From Squalus acanthias (taxonomy: Eukaryota): a stretch of 64,000 nt of DNA. Below are positions 36,840 to 50,640 of the stretch, one piece after another; position 1 is the first letter of the stretch; each line of letters begins with the position of its first letter. The DNA lies in the NCBI GenBank assembly GCA_030390025.1, contig CM059431.1:120344001-120408000 (forward strand), in the 5' to 3' direction. Both the position numbers and the translations under genes were made by a program. Under the pieces are notes generated by a model. That model saw only the letters and a program-made list of their open reading frames with translations. It was not told where the DNA came from and did no database searches.

Positions 36840-39199
36840 CACTTGGGCCATGCTAATGAGGCACTGAGCCTCAAAATGACTCAGGCCTCTCTGCTGATCT
36901 AACAGGCTGTCGGCTGTGCATCACCAGTTGGCCACTCAAAGGTCAAAGTCTACCCCTTGGTGATGGTCAGTAGTCCCAGGATGGGGGGCTTGGAGTGCCA
37001 ACGGATGTTGGAGTGATCGGGATATCATGTAGTCCGAGGTGCACACCTGCTCCTCTTGGCTCCTTTGCAAGGATTTTAGTGGCAATCACCTAATGAACAG
37101 TTAAAAATCTGCGATATTGAATTTCAGTGTGGGGGCCTAAAATAAGTGTTAGGCCCTTCTTTTACATATTTGAGGGGCCTAACGTCTGTTTCAGGCAGTC
37201 GCCAGGGATGCCTGAAAAATCGTCTGCCCCAATATTGGGTTGGACGTCTTTCAGATGCTCTTTGGGCATGGATTGTTTTTACCACAAATTGGCCCACAGA
37301 GTGTCCATTTTATACCCTTAAATTGGGCACAACGAAGTCTAATTTCTCCCTCTGTATTCCTAAAAAAGTGAATGAAGCTGCTAACTTTCCAGAACAGTGC
37401 ATTAATCACCTGCTGAATGTGGGCGGACATGCTACTGTGAATAATGACATAAAAGACATTTCCTAGTGACTGAAATTACTCTAACATTTTTGGTAGCTAT
37501 TAATCTCACATCCAGAGGGTTAGCATATTACCTCCTCCAGTGCTTTCTACAGTTTGCTAAGAATAAATTGGAGGCTTCCCTGAATTGATAAGTGGGCAGA
37601 TGTCATAGATGATGTGGTGTTGAGTCACATATCCCAGGAAAATTTCCAGTTCAGTCACAAGTCTATGCTGAGTTAACTGATCCTTGCTTGGGTGGTGCTG
37701 GGGATATTACAATTGACAGGAGAAACCGTAGGAAAATACAGCCTAAAGCAAAAAGAGAGATCCTCTAAAATGTGTGCACTGTAAGAAAAGGAGGCCCTGC
37801 AAATCCTAGGGCAAGAGATCATGGAAGGGGTTGGAGATGAGGAAGTAGCAGGACTTGTCCCAGCTCAGGTTTTGTACATACCAATTTCTCCTTTATTTTT
37901 CTCATTCAGTTCTCTCATTCACTGACTGCCAATAAATCACATGTTGAAGCACTATGTCACTCCTTCTAGTGAGAGCAATAACTGAAGGCTTCTCATGCAG
38001 ACACTGTTGTAATATCTATTCCTCTTCTTTTTCTCTGGGTATACCACAGAAAAACAAGCCAGGCCTCAGGAACACTGCGTCACCTAGCACTTCCCATCAC
38101 ACACTGTCACTCATTCTAACCCTGCTAAACAGCAGGTCAGAGGCACCAATCTGGGGGAATTTAGAAAGTGAGGTAGAAGGGGGTGCATGGAGCACCAATG
38201 CTGGTGGTAGCAGAGGAGGAGCAGGAATTGATGACCTCCAGTGCATTTGAACTGCATGGGACATGCTTTTAAAGCAGGATACATTCTGAAGCATTGGGTG
38301 TTGAGATAGTCATTGGGAACCATGCCAAATAGTATGCTGCAGATGGCAGCTCATATGCAGGAGTCCACAAGCTACACATCCACAGCCTTACATGACTGTT
38401 TCACAACACTGCATTCCATCATGAAGCGTGTGGTAACTCGAAGGATAACTGCAATGGACCTCCTCCATTCTAGTACCCTTAAAGCCAGTTGGTGACTCTC
38501 CCTTGAGTGTTCATACTGTTACAATATAAGGTTACGGGGGGAATAGGCTTAACTCTTCCAGCTTCAACAAACACAGGGATTAGCTGGAGAGAACTACGAG
38601 GCAGGGATTCACCGATACTATTGGTGCCATTACTTCTGGTGTCACCTCGATCCGTGGCTATGGTGAGGCTGTGTTCAACAGCATAGGCATGGCTAGAATG
38701 AGCACAGATAGTGACTCAGGATGGCAGCATATCTGGATCCTCCTGCCAGCCTCTTCAAATGGCTGCACATGTGACAGAAAGCATGCAAGCAGTTGTGGAA
38801 GTGGAAGAGCCTGCACCTGGCCCATCTCAGTAGTGTGCTGCCGGATGACAAGTGCCACCACATCAATCCTAAGTAGTTCTTATGCACACACACACAACAG
38901 CCAGCTACCTGCGACTCCTGATGCACTACACACTGTCTCTAAGGGGAAGGCTACGAAAGCAAAAGAAATAGGCGTACAAACACATAATATGTTTAATTAT
39001 TAAACTTCTAGTTCACTGAAGTTGTGACTAAAGACAGTGTTCTTGCAAAGGGTGGCAGGAATGGGAGATTTGTGTTGACTGAAAGGCTCTGCAGGTGAAG
39101 GAATATTAGTGGTGGGTATACAGAAGATGTAGACAGCACTGTTCTTGTAGTGGGTACATTTCCAAGTTCGCTGTAGGTGTTGCATTTGAAAGCTTGCTG

Positions 39200-39560
39200 A
39201 ATAGCTCTGCAGCGGCATTTGGTTCTGTTCTGCAGACTGTGCAGGTTTCAGTTGTGCCTTCCTCCTCCAGGCTTATCATGTTGATGCCTCTTTTCAGGGC
39301 AAAGTTGTGCAGCATGTAGCACTACCACTATCCTGGAAACCTTAGCCTGACAATATTGCAAGATGCCCCTGGATCTCGCTGGGTACTTGAAGCATTGCTT
39401 GTTGATCACTTTAGTGCATGCATACACCTGATTATACCCATTCAGTTGTCTTCCAGAAAGTTTGCCTTGATCACCAAGAAGCCACCTTGAGATTCGCTTT
39501 TTGTGGGTCAAATATTACTGCTTAAAATAAAGTCATCATGACAGCTGCCTAGGAAATGAG
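39200..39560 (-). pseudogene. Very decayed Harbinger transposase C-half
   Basis: Remnants HDDFI, WLLGDQG, LHNFALKRG in broken frames. Confidence 0.6.
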
Positions 39561-39684
39561 CATTGATTTGTATAATCAAAACTGTACAATCTAACCCCTC
39601 TGACTCAGATGCAGGAATGCTACCGTTGAGCAAGTGGTCACTCCGTCCGTACCCTACTGGATGCCAAACCAATATTTAGAGACC

Positions 39685-41440
39685 GGGGCTGAATTTTGAC
39701 AGCACTCAGAGGACGGGTTCGGAGGCAGGTCCGCTGTCAAAATAGAAAAGATTGACAGCAGGTAGGAAACCCGCTGTCAACCTGCCTCCACGCGAGTCTC
39801 CCACGTGTCGGGTCTGTCAGCGCTGAGCAGACCTGACACCAAGCATCAGGGAAGGCAACTGACACCATTAAATGGATTGTTTACATCCAATTAACTGTTA
39901 TTTTAAGCCTACATTTCAATTTTACGTGCTTTCCCATGGGATACCCACTGCTCGGGGAACACGTCAGCTCAGCATATCCTGAGTGGATTCAGCATTGAAT
40001 TATCTCATGACCTGACAGCTGCCAAAATGTATAAAAAATCCCATGTTACAGCTGTTCACTTTCAAAGCTCAGAAACTGTTGGTTACTGCATTTGGAAGAC
40101 AGATTGAGCTTTCTGCAGCTTGCAACTTTTTGGAGCAAACTCTCTATCCAGTGCCACCTCATTGGAACAACCTCTCTCACCATTGACAGGTCGCTTCTGT
40201 CATCTCAACCTCACCTGCCATCTATTCCATCAGCATCATTGCCCTTGAAAATATCTCACCTTGGTCCTCAGAATCCCACCAAGATCAACCCCAACACCAG
40301 CAACGCCAGGCACACCAGCAGCACCAACAACAACACCAACCTTCTCCACAATCAACTGCAGCTGTACAGGACACAAGACATCAGCACCCAACCACATTGC
40401 TGCCCGGAACGCCAGGGATGGCCTCACCATGGCCAGATTTACTTCACTTGACACAGTACACCCTGGATGTCACATGATGCTCCAGGTTGGCACCACCCCA
40501 CACCAACACCATAAAGCATCCCTACAATGCCCAAGCTATTTCTTTCACACTCATCACCATTGCGGGGGGTACCGTTATGTCTCACCATTCACTTCAACTC
40601 ACTAAGCCACTTCCAAAGGTGAACGCAAATCTGTCCAAGTACGCAAAGTGCTGAAAATAAAGGTTTCAATGTTTGACAGCACATTAGCAGAAACTTCACA
40701 TGATCATTGACTAAAACACACAAGTGCCTACCCTTGTGTGTTGTTAATTGGTATGATTGGACTAGGATGAGGGTGAGTGTGAGGGGTGGCTAGTGAAATG
40801 GGGAAGTGATAATGTAGATAGAGAGGGATGGGTGGAGGTGCAAGGTAAGTTGGTGTGAGTAAAGATGTGCAGGAGTAGGGTAGGGAAGGCAGAGTGATGT
40901 GGATGTGATGAGTGGCACAGCAGGATGAGGTTGAGTGTGGCTTGGCAGTAACGTTGCGTGAGCATTGAAAGGTTTGCGCCACTGCAGTCTGGTCCTCCTG
41001 ATGACACGCCTGCTTGTGCCCTCCTGTGCAATGTGGAATCAGGCTGTGTTGATCTCCTGGGGGGGTCTCTTCCACCCTTGGGAAGGGGAAGAGAACCTCC
41101 CTGCGTGCTGTGACTCCTTCCATAAGCATATGGAGGGAGTCATGGGAGAGCCTGGGTGCAGCCATGCACCTTTGTGCAGTGCTTGTCAGTGCTTGCAGCA
41201 CCGCAATGCTGTAGAACACTGACAGCACAACTGTCAAAATGTGGCCCCTTTAAGGAAACCGGCTGATGGCGCGTCATCAAATGACATCATCAGACCCGCT
41301 TCCTTTTAATTGGCCGAGAACCTCGCAGGGCGGGCTTAACAAGCCCTATTAATGTAAAATCACTTGGAGCGTGCAGGCTGGAGCAGGCAGCGGGCTGGGA
41401 CCGCGACACCGACCCACCTCGGTCGGCAAAATCACGGCCC
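39685..41440 (-). mobile_element. Non-autonomous Harbinger derivative, copy 3 (inverted)
   Basis: Reverse-complement collinear with 5641-7404; ends GGGGCTGAATTTTG / CAAAATCACGGCCC; imperfect TSD. Confidence 0.85.
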
Positions 41441-42419
41441 ACATTCGAGTCTCCACTCGCCAGAGCTGTCTGGAGTGGAGCTTAAACCCTTCAGCTTCTG
41501 ACTCAGAGGCATAAGTGCTACCACTAAGCCAAAGGCTCATTCCAAACATCCACAAACACAATGCAAATCCCAACTAGATACCATAGAGGGCATTTTGCAG
41601 ATGGTTATAATTGGGCAGTGTCGATGATTTCCTTCCACTTCATGCTGTGGTTCAGTTTCCACTAAAACTGTCAAATTCAGTTCTAAAGAAGATGATGAAA
41701 AGCCTCCAAATTGTCACAGACATAACTTGATGCGGTTGAATTATTCTTTTCCGCAAACCCCTGACGTTGGTGCAGATACTGATGGAAAGAGAATCATATC
41801 AATTTAACAGACTGGATTGACATTCACAAAACATTGGTTTAAGGCATGTTTGCAATGGAAATTATAAAAATACAAAATTAGATTTTTTAGGCTGTACAGA
41901 CAACAAATATTAGTAAAGTAATGCAGAACATTTTATTATTTGTTGATTACCATCAAAAGCACAAGCTGTTCTATATTTAAAGAAACAAAAAATAGCAGCA
42001 AAGCTAAAATGACATTTTAGCATACTTAAAGTGGAGAATAAGAAGGTTTCTTCATATAATGCTAATCAGAGATGGTTTGTTTTCTTTTATGGCATAACAT
42101 ACAAGTTTCTCAAGGAAAAATTGCTGTTTTTGGCAATAAAACGTGCTTCTGTCTACGTATCACAGCAGCAGATATAGGGGTGACTGAGTTGACCCAAGTT
42201 CTGGTATTCAGTTCAGCTAAGCTTCAACACCCTCGGTTTGGCCAGACTTGAACTAGGCCATCTGCTTCCCATTTTAAATCGACAGATAGATGGATCCTAT
42301 TAAAATTGCAACTAACTGGATATACATGAAACTATGCACATATGAATCTATGCTCCTGATAAAAAGAAAAAATCAGAACACTTTGTGAAACCAGGCTTGT
42401 TCAGTTTTGTTTAACTCAC

Positions 42420-42486
42420 CGTGCATAGGAAAGCTTGTCGCAAAATCTTGGTGGTTCCTCAGACACTGGGGCTTGTAGTAGTGCAT
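42420..42486 (-). other. Candidate first coding exon of an unidentified host gene
   Basis: ATG...MHYYKPQCLRNHQDFATSFPMH then G|GTGAGT (67 nt, phase 1) in repeat-poor DNA; no homology recognised. Confidence 0.2.
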
Positions 42487-44003
42487 GCTGTTTACTATAT
42501 CATTAGTTCAGTGTCTGGTAATTCAATTGGAGTTAGAATTGTAAGTCAATCCAGCTCAGAGTCCTCTGCTGATCGGTGATACTGCGATAGAGAGGACTTT
42601 GTCTGGAGGGCTGGTGTAATTACCAGAAAAACATGTGTAGTTGATCTAATATCATTCATGGAGAGCAAGGCTATGCTTGAAGTATGAGTGTGTAAGGATT
42701 ATGCTACAAGAAACAATACAATGTGAAATCGATTGTTTCACTTGTGAGCCAAAACTTGAGAAACAACATTATCATGTTTGAGTTACTGCCTGACTATGAG
42801 TGGAAATAAATTTCACATCCCATTGCCTCTAATAGAATGTTCTGTTTAAAATCTGTGTCTTTTGGCCTTTTGCTGGCAGTGAACATTTTGTGTAGTTATA
42901 TAACATTCAACTTTATGTTTTAGTTTATGTTTTAGTTGATGGAAGCAACATAGCAAAAATTGTGACATAGCTACCTCTGCACTATGTGCGGGATATTAGT
43001 TGAAATGAATATGTTGAAGAGAAAAGCTGTATGCCAAATAGCCTACTCCGGCTCCTATTTCTTATGTTCTTATGTTCCTATGTATAGGAGCATGTGGACA
43101 TTAAAGGATTTGGGTGCATTACAGTGGGAGCGACTAGTTTTGTGAGTATATGTAGTCATTTGCCCTTTGTTCTGTCTTTTTGTTATGATGTCTTTGTTGA
43201 AAGCAGGTTTGCCTTAAGAAATAACTCAGCCCAAGAACTGGGCATTCCATTATGCCAGAGTATCCATGACACAAGATATACCATCTGGGATAACATTGGC
43301 TTTAATGGTTAATTGAAAAGCTATTTGGATTGTTATCAGATGCTGGCTGCTACTTTATTATATAGATAGGTCATTTAAGACTAAAGGAATATACAATAAG
43401 ATGACAAATGGACTTGTCTGATATCTATTAGATGAACACAGTTCAGGTAAGATGTTCAGTTTCTGAACACTAGCATGTTGTAAGGCCATCTGCACTTTCC
43501 CCTCCTTCGCCCTTTTCTAGCAGCCTCTGCAGGTCTGTCCTGCCTTCCGTTATGTTGCTGCTCTTCCTCCTTTTTTGGCACTCTCAAAGACAACCCTAGC
43601 AGCCGCCCCATGTTGCACGATTGTACTGAAGCCCATACTGGCAAAGACTGCAGCACCACTGAAAACTCACTTTCCAAAAGCAGTGAACAGCCACATTCCA
43701 GCCAAAATAGAGTCAGAGTTACAGTCAGAGATATGTTGGGTAATAAATGAAAGTTTTAACTCCTGTTAACTTTGTTTCAGTCGGTAATAGATGTTGATGG
43801 TTCCGATGTGTTCTCGATATACTTGGAAACTGTTGTGTTGGAGTTGTTAAGAGGGTCACAGATTATTGCTTTGATTGCTTGTAATATATGGTTGAGTGTG
43901 TCATCATGAGTTTGTTCTTCCGATCTCCACTTATTTCTTGGTTGAGTTATGATTTTTCAAATGATGAGCACACTGTTCATTGCCACATCTTTATGGAAAC
44001 CAT

Positions 44004-44663
44004 GGCCCTGATATTTATGGGGAGGAGGGGAGGATGCGGGTGAGGCTGAAAACTACTGAAGAAGCCGGCAAGCCCGGGGGGCGCGGGGGGGGGGGGGGAC
44101 GCAGTGGTCCTGCTGAATTTAACGGCAAGACCTCATTAACATTTTTTTAGCTCTGTTTCCTGACCGACAGCTGGCCAAATGGACAACCGGCTGGCGGGAG
44201 GATACATCAGCAGCAGGAGGCCACAGCCAGGTATCCTTGGGGACAGTCCCCTATAATCGGGAGGTTTGAGAGGCCCACGATTGGGAGGACAGAGAGGCCT
44301 GCAATCAGGCGGGATGGGGGGGGGGAGAGGCCCACGATCGGGAGGGCTGGGAGAAGGTCGGCAATCGGGGCTGGAGGCTTCCTTGGAGGGCCTTGGGGGA
44401 ACACCTCCCGCCTCCCTTTCACTGCCAAGTGTCCCGACCCCTGGGAGCCCTGTGCAGCAGCAGTCATTTTCAAATCGGACTCCCAGTTTCACTGTGGGAG
44501 CCCGATTTAAATATGTTAATTAAGTGTCCACATGGAGTCGGATGCCCGGATATCTGCATGTGCAGCGTGATGGGGTCGCGTTCCCCATATCTCACTCTTT
44601 CACCCACCCCTGACCGTCTCCCGTGGGGGGGGGGGAGGGGAAGGGGGCTTAAAATTGAGGGCC
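44004..44663. mobile_element. 660-bp G-rich TIR element related to 3745-4950
   Basis: TIR GGCCCTGATATTTA / TAAAATTGAGGGCC; shared TTTAACGGCA...CTCTGTTTCC block and GATCGGG repeats. Confidence 0.75.
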
Positions 44664-45666
44664 ATTTGTTTGATTTTCTGTATTCATTCTTAAATGGAAG
44701 TTTTGATAAATTGTAGATAATCTGCTAGTCTTAAAATCACATCAGGACCATCAAAAACATTTAGAACCTATGGCAACTTGGAACTTTTATCTGTTATCCT
44801 CACATAGGTGGGACCGTTAACACCTGCCTTGCACATCATTGCATCTGGTGGCATTACATGAAACGCCCCGATTTTCCACAAATTATTAATTGAATAGCTG
44901 TATTTTGAAAGTATTTTTGTGCTCAATTTGATAGGAGGAAATTTACAATTTTCTTTTATCTGCTCTTATCTTTCTGTTGCATGTTGTGGAAGGTGCAGAA
45001 TGCATTACACTGTATGTAGGGAGGTTATAAAGAAGTTAAGTGAGCTCTGTTTTAAAGTCTTAAGAGGAATGTGGAGTCTAAAATCATATCACAGGCATTC
45101 ACTAGTCATCCTCCATTCTGTCAGTAGTTGCTTTTGTCTGTGTATTAATTGAATTTGAGAGGCTAATCCTCATACTGCTGTTATGTGAATGCGTTTGTGG
45201 TTATTATGGCTGATCTGCTTATTTTGAATGGTACAGATCAGTATGTTGTCAGTGGGAGGGGATGATTGAATTCACGATGTTGATTGAGAGTACTATGCCT
45301 GTTTCTGGGCAAAGGTAAAGTATTTTGCTGCATGTAGTATGGTATATACCTTTTAATCTGTGAATAATTTCATAACTGGTAGCTGTTTGAACTGAGGAGC
45401 TATATTTAGTTTCTGACAAATTTGTGAATTCTAAAATAGCGGATCCTGTTATTCACAAGAATATGAATCATGCTGGTATCACTGCAAGCTTTCCAATCTG
45501 AAAGAAAATTTAAAGCTTCATTCCGCTCTGGTTTTTTAATGAATTTAATAATGATTGCAAAATGCTTTATTTGCAGAAAAAATACATTTCATCTGGTGTT
45601 GAAATTTTAAGCTATAACAAGAGTAATGTGCACAGTTCAGTTACTACAGGAAAAAACCTTACCATG

Positions 45667-45870
45667 GTGTCAGCACTCTTGCCTCTGAGTCTGAGGGTAG
45701 TGGGTTCAAGTCCCACACCAGAGTCTTGAGCACATAAACCAAGCTGATGCTTCAGTGCAGTATTGAGGGGGTGCTGCATTGATGGAGATGCCGTCTTCCG
45801 GATGAGATGTTAAACTCAGGCAGACGTAAAAGATCCCATGGCGCTATTTCGAAGAAGAGTAGGGTTTTCT
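45667..45870 (+). mobile_element. Deu-SINE fragment
   Basis: Matches head and Deu core of 36397-36839 with deletions. Confidence 0.75.
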
Positions 45871-46733
45871 TGCAATTATTTCCTTGCAAGACAAAAACTG
45901 CTCTGTGTGGCTTTCGTGGGTGGCACTATTTTGTGTAGTAGACTATTATAATGAGAAAAAGATGGTGTCTGACATGTTTATCAAATGTTTCTAGAAATTT
46001 TATTGAGTGAGTTGTATGTGGTAATTGTTTATTATTGTGAAAATCTGTAAATGCGTTCCAAAACTAACAGCTGTTCTCTATCTTAGATAACCACCAACCT
46101 AAAACTAATGGTTTTGTAATGAATTCTTTCAGTCATAAAGGATACAAAATATAATCCTTATCCCTAGGCTAGATTTATAGAATGCTGATGAATTTACAAC
46201 AACAACTTATACTTTTACAATGCCTTTAGCATAGAAAAATATCCAGAGGTGCTTCTCAGAGAAGCAATCAGACAAAAATGGACACAAAGCCAAAGAAGAT
46301 ATTTGGAAAGGTGGTCAAAGACGTAGGATTTACGGAGGGTCTTAAAGGAAGAGAGGAAAAGGTGTTCAAAGAGTGAAGCCTAGATAGTTGAAGGGATGGC
46401 CAGCAATAGTAGGGTGAAGAGAAGACATTAAAAATGGAACTGTAATAGAGCCACCTGGTGGACTACTGATATATATAATAATAAAGCCATATGCAGTACA
46501 GTTCTTACCAGAAACCATGTTGTGCTGTTGTATATATATGCTGTGTCCCAAGATATCACAGAATTCGTGATGAGGATGCGATTGCGGATTCCCCAGCTGA
46601 AATTTTTGTTGAAGGATAATCCTGCCAACCGACGTATGGACTGTTAGAGGTTCTTCATTTTGCAGAAAACCTTAAAAATCCGAGGTAAATTTCGAGCATA
46701 CGTGGCTGAACTGTCGACGTTGCCAGAGTCCAG

Positions 46734-47880
46734 ATGGCCGCGCCTATGGGAATAATAGGACGCTTGGGTGAGTTCCATCGTGACTGAGAGACTTTCAGAG
46801 AGTATGTGGAGCGGCTAGAAATGTTTTTCACTGCGAATAGTATTGTCGAAGTCCCCGATGATGTAAACCGTAACCGGACGGTTTTAGAAATGAAGCGGGC
46901 TATTTTTCTGACTGAAGCAGGCCCCGAGGTGTATGAAACCCTGAAAAATGTGTTTGTTCCCGCCAAGCCGAAGGACACACCACTGAAGGAGATCCTAACT
47001 AAGTTAGAACAGCACTACAGTCCTGAGCCCCTGGAAATTGCTGAAAGTTATCATTTTGAAACACATGATCAATTAAATGACGAGGGTATCAGTGAGTACA
47101 TTATTTCGGAAACTTTCAGGACCGAGCTTTGTGTGACCGCTTTGTTTGTGGGTTGAAAAATGAACGTATCAGAAGTAAATTGTTGACAACCCCTAACTTG
47201 ACTTTTGACTTAGCTTGTCAGACAGCTATGTCGATGGATATGGTTGACCGATACTCCCGAGAGTTCCACACCATTTCCAGTCATCAGACAACCAAGGTGA
47301 ATCAGCTGCAGGCTAAAAGTAAAAGGCAGTTGGGACCCAAGGCCTCAGCAACTGGTCAAGGTAACAGTGCATTGAAGTCGTGCTATCGGTGCCTGGGACA
47401 ACACATCGCTCAAAGCTGTCCATATGTGAAGGCAGAGTGTTTCTTCTGCAAGAAAACTGGACATCTTGCGAAGGCGTGCCAACAGAAGAGTAAACCGACT
47501 GGCAATGCTAGAAGTAGAAATCGCGAGACACTACATACCGTTGAAGAGAAGCAGCAGGACGAGGAGTTTCTGGAGATTCATGTCATCAGGAGCAGGAAGG
47601 TGTCTAACAGCGATTCGTGAGGTATCGTCATCCAAGTAGATGTCGCAGGAAGCAGGATACCCATGGAAATCGACACTGCTGAATCCATGAGCTTAGTACC
47701 GGAATCACTATATCGCAACAAGTTGCGTGATTACCGACTAGAGAAATCGCAGGTACAGCTGCGAGGCTACTCAGGAGAGCAAATCCCTGTAGTAGGAAAT
47801 GTCACCATACCAGTGAAATACAAGGATCAATGTCAGAGCTTGCCTTTCATAGTAGTGGCAGGAGTCAAGCCTGCTTTGAT
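46734..47880 (+). pseudogene. Gypsy gag-protease, disrupted
   Basis: YVERLEMFFTAN, DRFVCGL, two knuckles CYRCLGQHIAQSC and CFFCKKTGHLAKAC, protease MEIDT. Confidence 0.88.
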
Positions 47881-48996
47881 AGGCTCATGGAATAGGTGGG
47901 TCAGTGGCAGCTTTGATAAGGAATTGACTTAAGGACAGAAAACAGCGAGTTGTGGTAAATGGCTGTTTTTCAGACTGGAGGATGGTAGACAGTGGTGTTC
48001 CTCAAGGGTCAGTGCTGGGGCCACTGCTTTTTTTGATATATATAAATGATCTGGATATTGGAATAAAAGTAGAATTTCTAAATTTGCCGATGACACCAAA
48101 CTTAGGGGGTGTGGCAAACAGTGAGGATGATACCAATCGACTGCAACAGGACATAGAAAGGCTAGCAGAATGGGCAGACAAGTGGCAGATGGAATTTAAT
48201 ACAGAGAAGTGTGAGGTGATACATTTTGGCAGAAGGAACAGGGAGAGGCAATATACACTTAATGGCACAGTTTTAAAGAGTGTGCACGGACAGAGGGACC
48301 TGGGAGTTAATGTGCATAGGTCCCTGAAGGTGGCAGGATATATTGAGAGAGTGGTTAGCAAAGCATATGGGATCTTGGGCTTCATAAATAGAGGCATTGA
48401 GTACAAAAGTAGAGAAGTTATGCTGAACCTTTATAAAGCGCTGGTTAGGCCTCAACTGGAGTATTGCATCCAGTTCTGGTCACCACACTTTAGAAAGGAT
48501 GTGAAGGCTCTTGAGAGGGTGCAGAGGAGATTTACCAGAATGGTTCCAGGGATGGGGGATCTTAGCTACAAGGACAGGTTGGAGAAGCTGGGTTTGTTTT
48601 CATTAGAGCAAAGGAGGTTGAGGGGTGATTTGATAGAGGTGTACAAGATTATGATGGGTTTGGATAGGCTAGACGGGGAAAGGCTGTTTCCACTAGTTGA
48701 TGGTACAAGGACTGGGGACACAGATTTAAGGTTTTGGGCAAGCGATACAGGGGGGAGGTGAGGGAAAACTTTTTTACGCAGCGAGTGGTGAGGACCTGGA
48801 ACTCGCTGCCGACGGAAGTGGTGGAAGTGGACACACTCAATATTTTAGAGCGGAGACTGGATAGGCACTTGAGGGAAATATACTACAGGGCTACAGGGAT
48901 AGAGCGGGGGAATGGGACTGACTCGATTGCTCTGACTGAGAGCTAGCATGGACTCGATGGGCCGAATGGCCTCCTTCTGTGCCGTTATGACTCTAT
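47881..48996 (+). mobile_element. CR1 LINE 3' portion with RT C-half (ORF 47952-48761)
   Basis: SGVPQGSVLGPLLFLIYINDL, LVRPQLEYC, LERVQRRFTRM; ACTCTATG tail. Confidence 0.92.
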
Positions 48997-49887
48997 GGGG
49001 GAGAAATTCGGTATCGCCCCATTTGGGGTGCAATTATCGGCCGGGCGCAAAGTTTAGCGCCTGGTGCTAATTATCGCCTCCGACTGCAAACTTGGCTTCT
49101 ATCGCCCCTGGAGGTGATTGGAGCGCTAAATCAGGCGCTACACACCTCTCTTTAGGCGCTAACGCCGAGGTGCGAGGCGCTACCTCAGAGCGCTGGCAAA
49201 GCTCATATGATGTCAGTTAGCAATAGAACATAGACACACTGGCGCCGGCCAATTCTTAAAGGGAAGGCTCGATCTTGCTCTCCATCCACACCTTACTCAC
49301 TGCAGCCTTGAATCTCAGCCTGGAGAGACCTGTACATCAAATCTGCTGGAAAGAACAATGGAGAGATCCAGGGAAAGAGCTCAGAGTCCAGCCCGCATAG
49401 TCTCTTCTTAATCGATGCAAGGAAGATCAAATCAAAATGAACCTGCAAAGTGCTGCTCAGTACCCAAAACTCCTCAACACAGCATTGAATATCTCCAAAA
49501 GTCTCTCCCTCTCACTCAGAATGCATGGGGCAAAAATGTCGCCAACAAAAAAAGGCAGGAAGCGGTCGCCTTTAAATAGCGCTCCCCCAGTCCCTTCCCG
49601 ACTGCAAAACGCTCCCCTCAACCTGTTGTTGCTAGCGGCAGGCGGTAAGGCAGGGGGCGCCACTCAATATCCGGTCTGGGGTGCTACCAGGGCGTTGCAC
49701 GCTCGACTGACGTCACGATCTGCAGGCGCAGGAGATCATGGTGGTAGTGTTTAGAGCCGCTGCAAAATGTCTAGTTAATTTCGTGAGCGGCGCAAACATC
49801 GCCGCCCACGGGCGCTAGTTGCTTTGCGCCCCATTAGCGCCCTCTTAAGGCGCTAATGGGAGGCGCAAACCAACTGAATTTTTCCCC
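48997..49887 (-). mobile_element. 891-bp internal-deletion derivative of the 31688 Harbinger family
   Basis: Both ends match 31688-35766 in reverse; TAT TSD; keeps only Myb start MERSRERAQ. Confidence 0.9.
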
Positions 49888-49896
49888 TATGACTCA

Positions 49897-50640
49897 ATAA
49901 TCACTCGAAGTGGGTAGATGTGTTTCCGATGCGGATAATAACAAGAAGCAAAACACTAGACAATTTGTGAAGATTGTTTTCTTCATACGGACTCCCAGAA
50001 GAAATTGTGTCTGATAATGGGCCGCAATTTTGTTCAGAAGAGTTCACACAGTTCATGAGCAGAAATTGTGTGAAACATACCAAAGTTCCACTGCACCACC
50101 CTGCTTCAAATGGTGCAGCAGAGCACACAGTACAAATTGGCAAACGTGCCCTCATCAAGCAAATGTTGGATCTAAATCCAAAGAAACGTCAGTTGTCATT
50201 GGACCATAAACTGGCAAATTTTCTGATTACCTATCGGAATACTCCTCATACCACTACTGCTCGAAAACCAGCAGAGTAGTTTCTCAAATGACAGCCACGA
50301 ACCAGATTCTCATTGTTAAAGCCAAACTTGGCACAGTCCGTAGAAGAGAAACAATCAAAGCAGAAAGAGAGCCATGATAAAGGTAGAGTTAGAGAGAGAA
50401 GTGTGAATTTGAACCAGAAGGTTAGAATGAAGAACAATCACCATAAATGGTTAAAGTGGTTACCAGGAAGAGCAGTGAAGATATGTGGCCCTCACACATA
50501 TTTGGTCAAGATGTTTGATTATGGAAAGTTTAGGTTTGTTCACATTGATCATATCTTACCTACAGAGGTGGAAGGAGTTGAAAGCTGGGATGATTCAATT
50601 TATTCTGATGAATCAGATAGTCTTGTTACAAGTACAGTAC
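49897..50640 (+). pseudogene. Gypsy integrase core and C-terminus, disrupted
   Basis: HSKWVDV, GLPEEIVSDNGPQF, HPASNGAAE, YRNTPH. Confidence 0.88.

Noticed and set aside
43456..43677. 73-aa minus-strand ORF as a host gene
   Set aside because: No ATG start, no recognisable domain and no supporting splice pattern.
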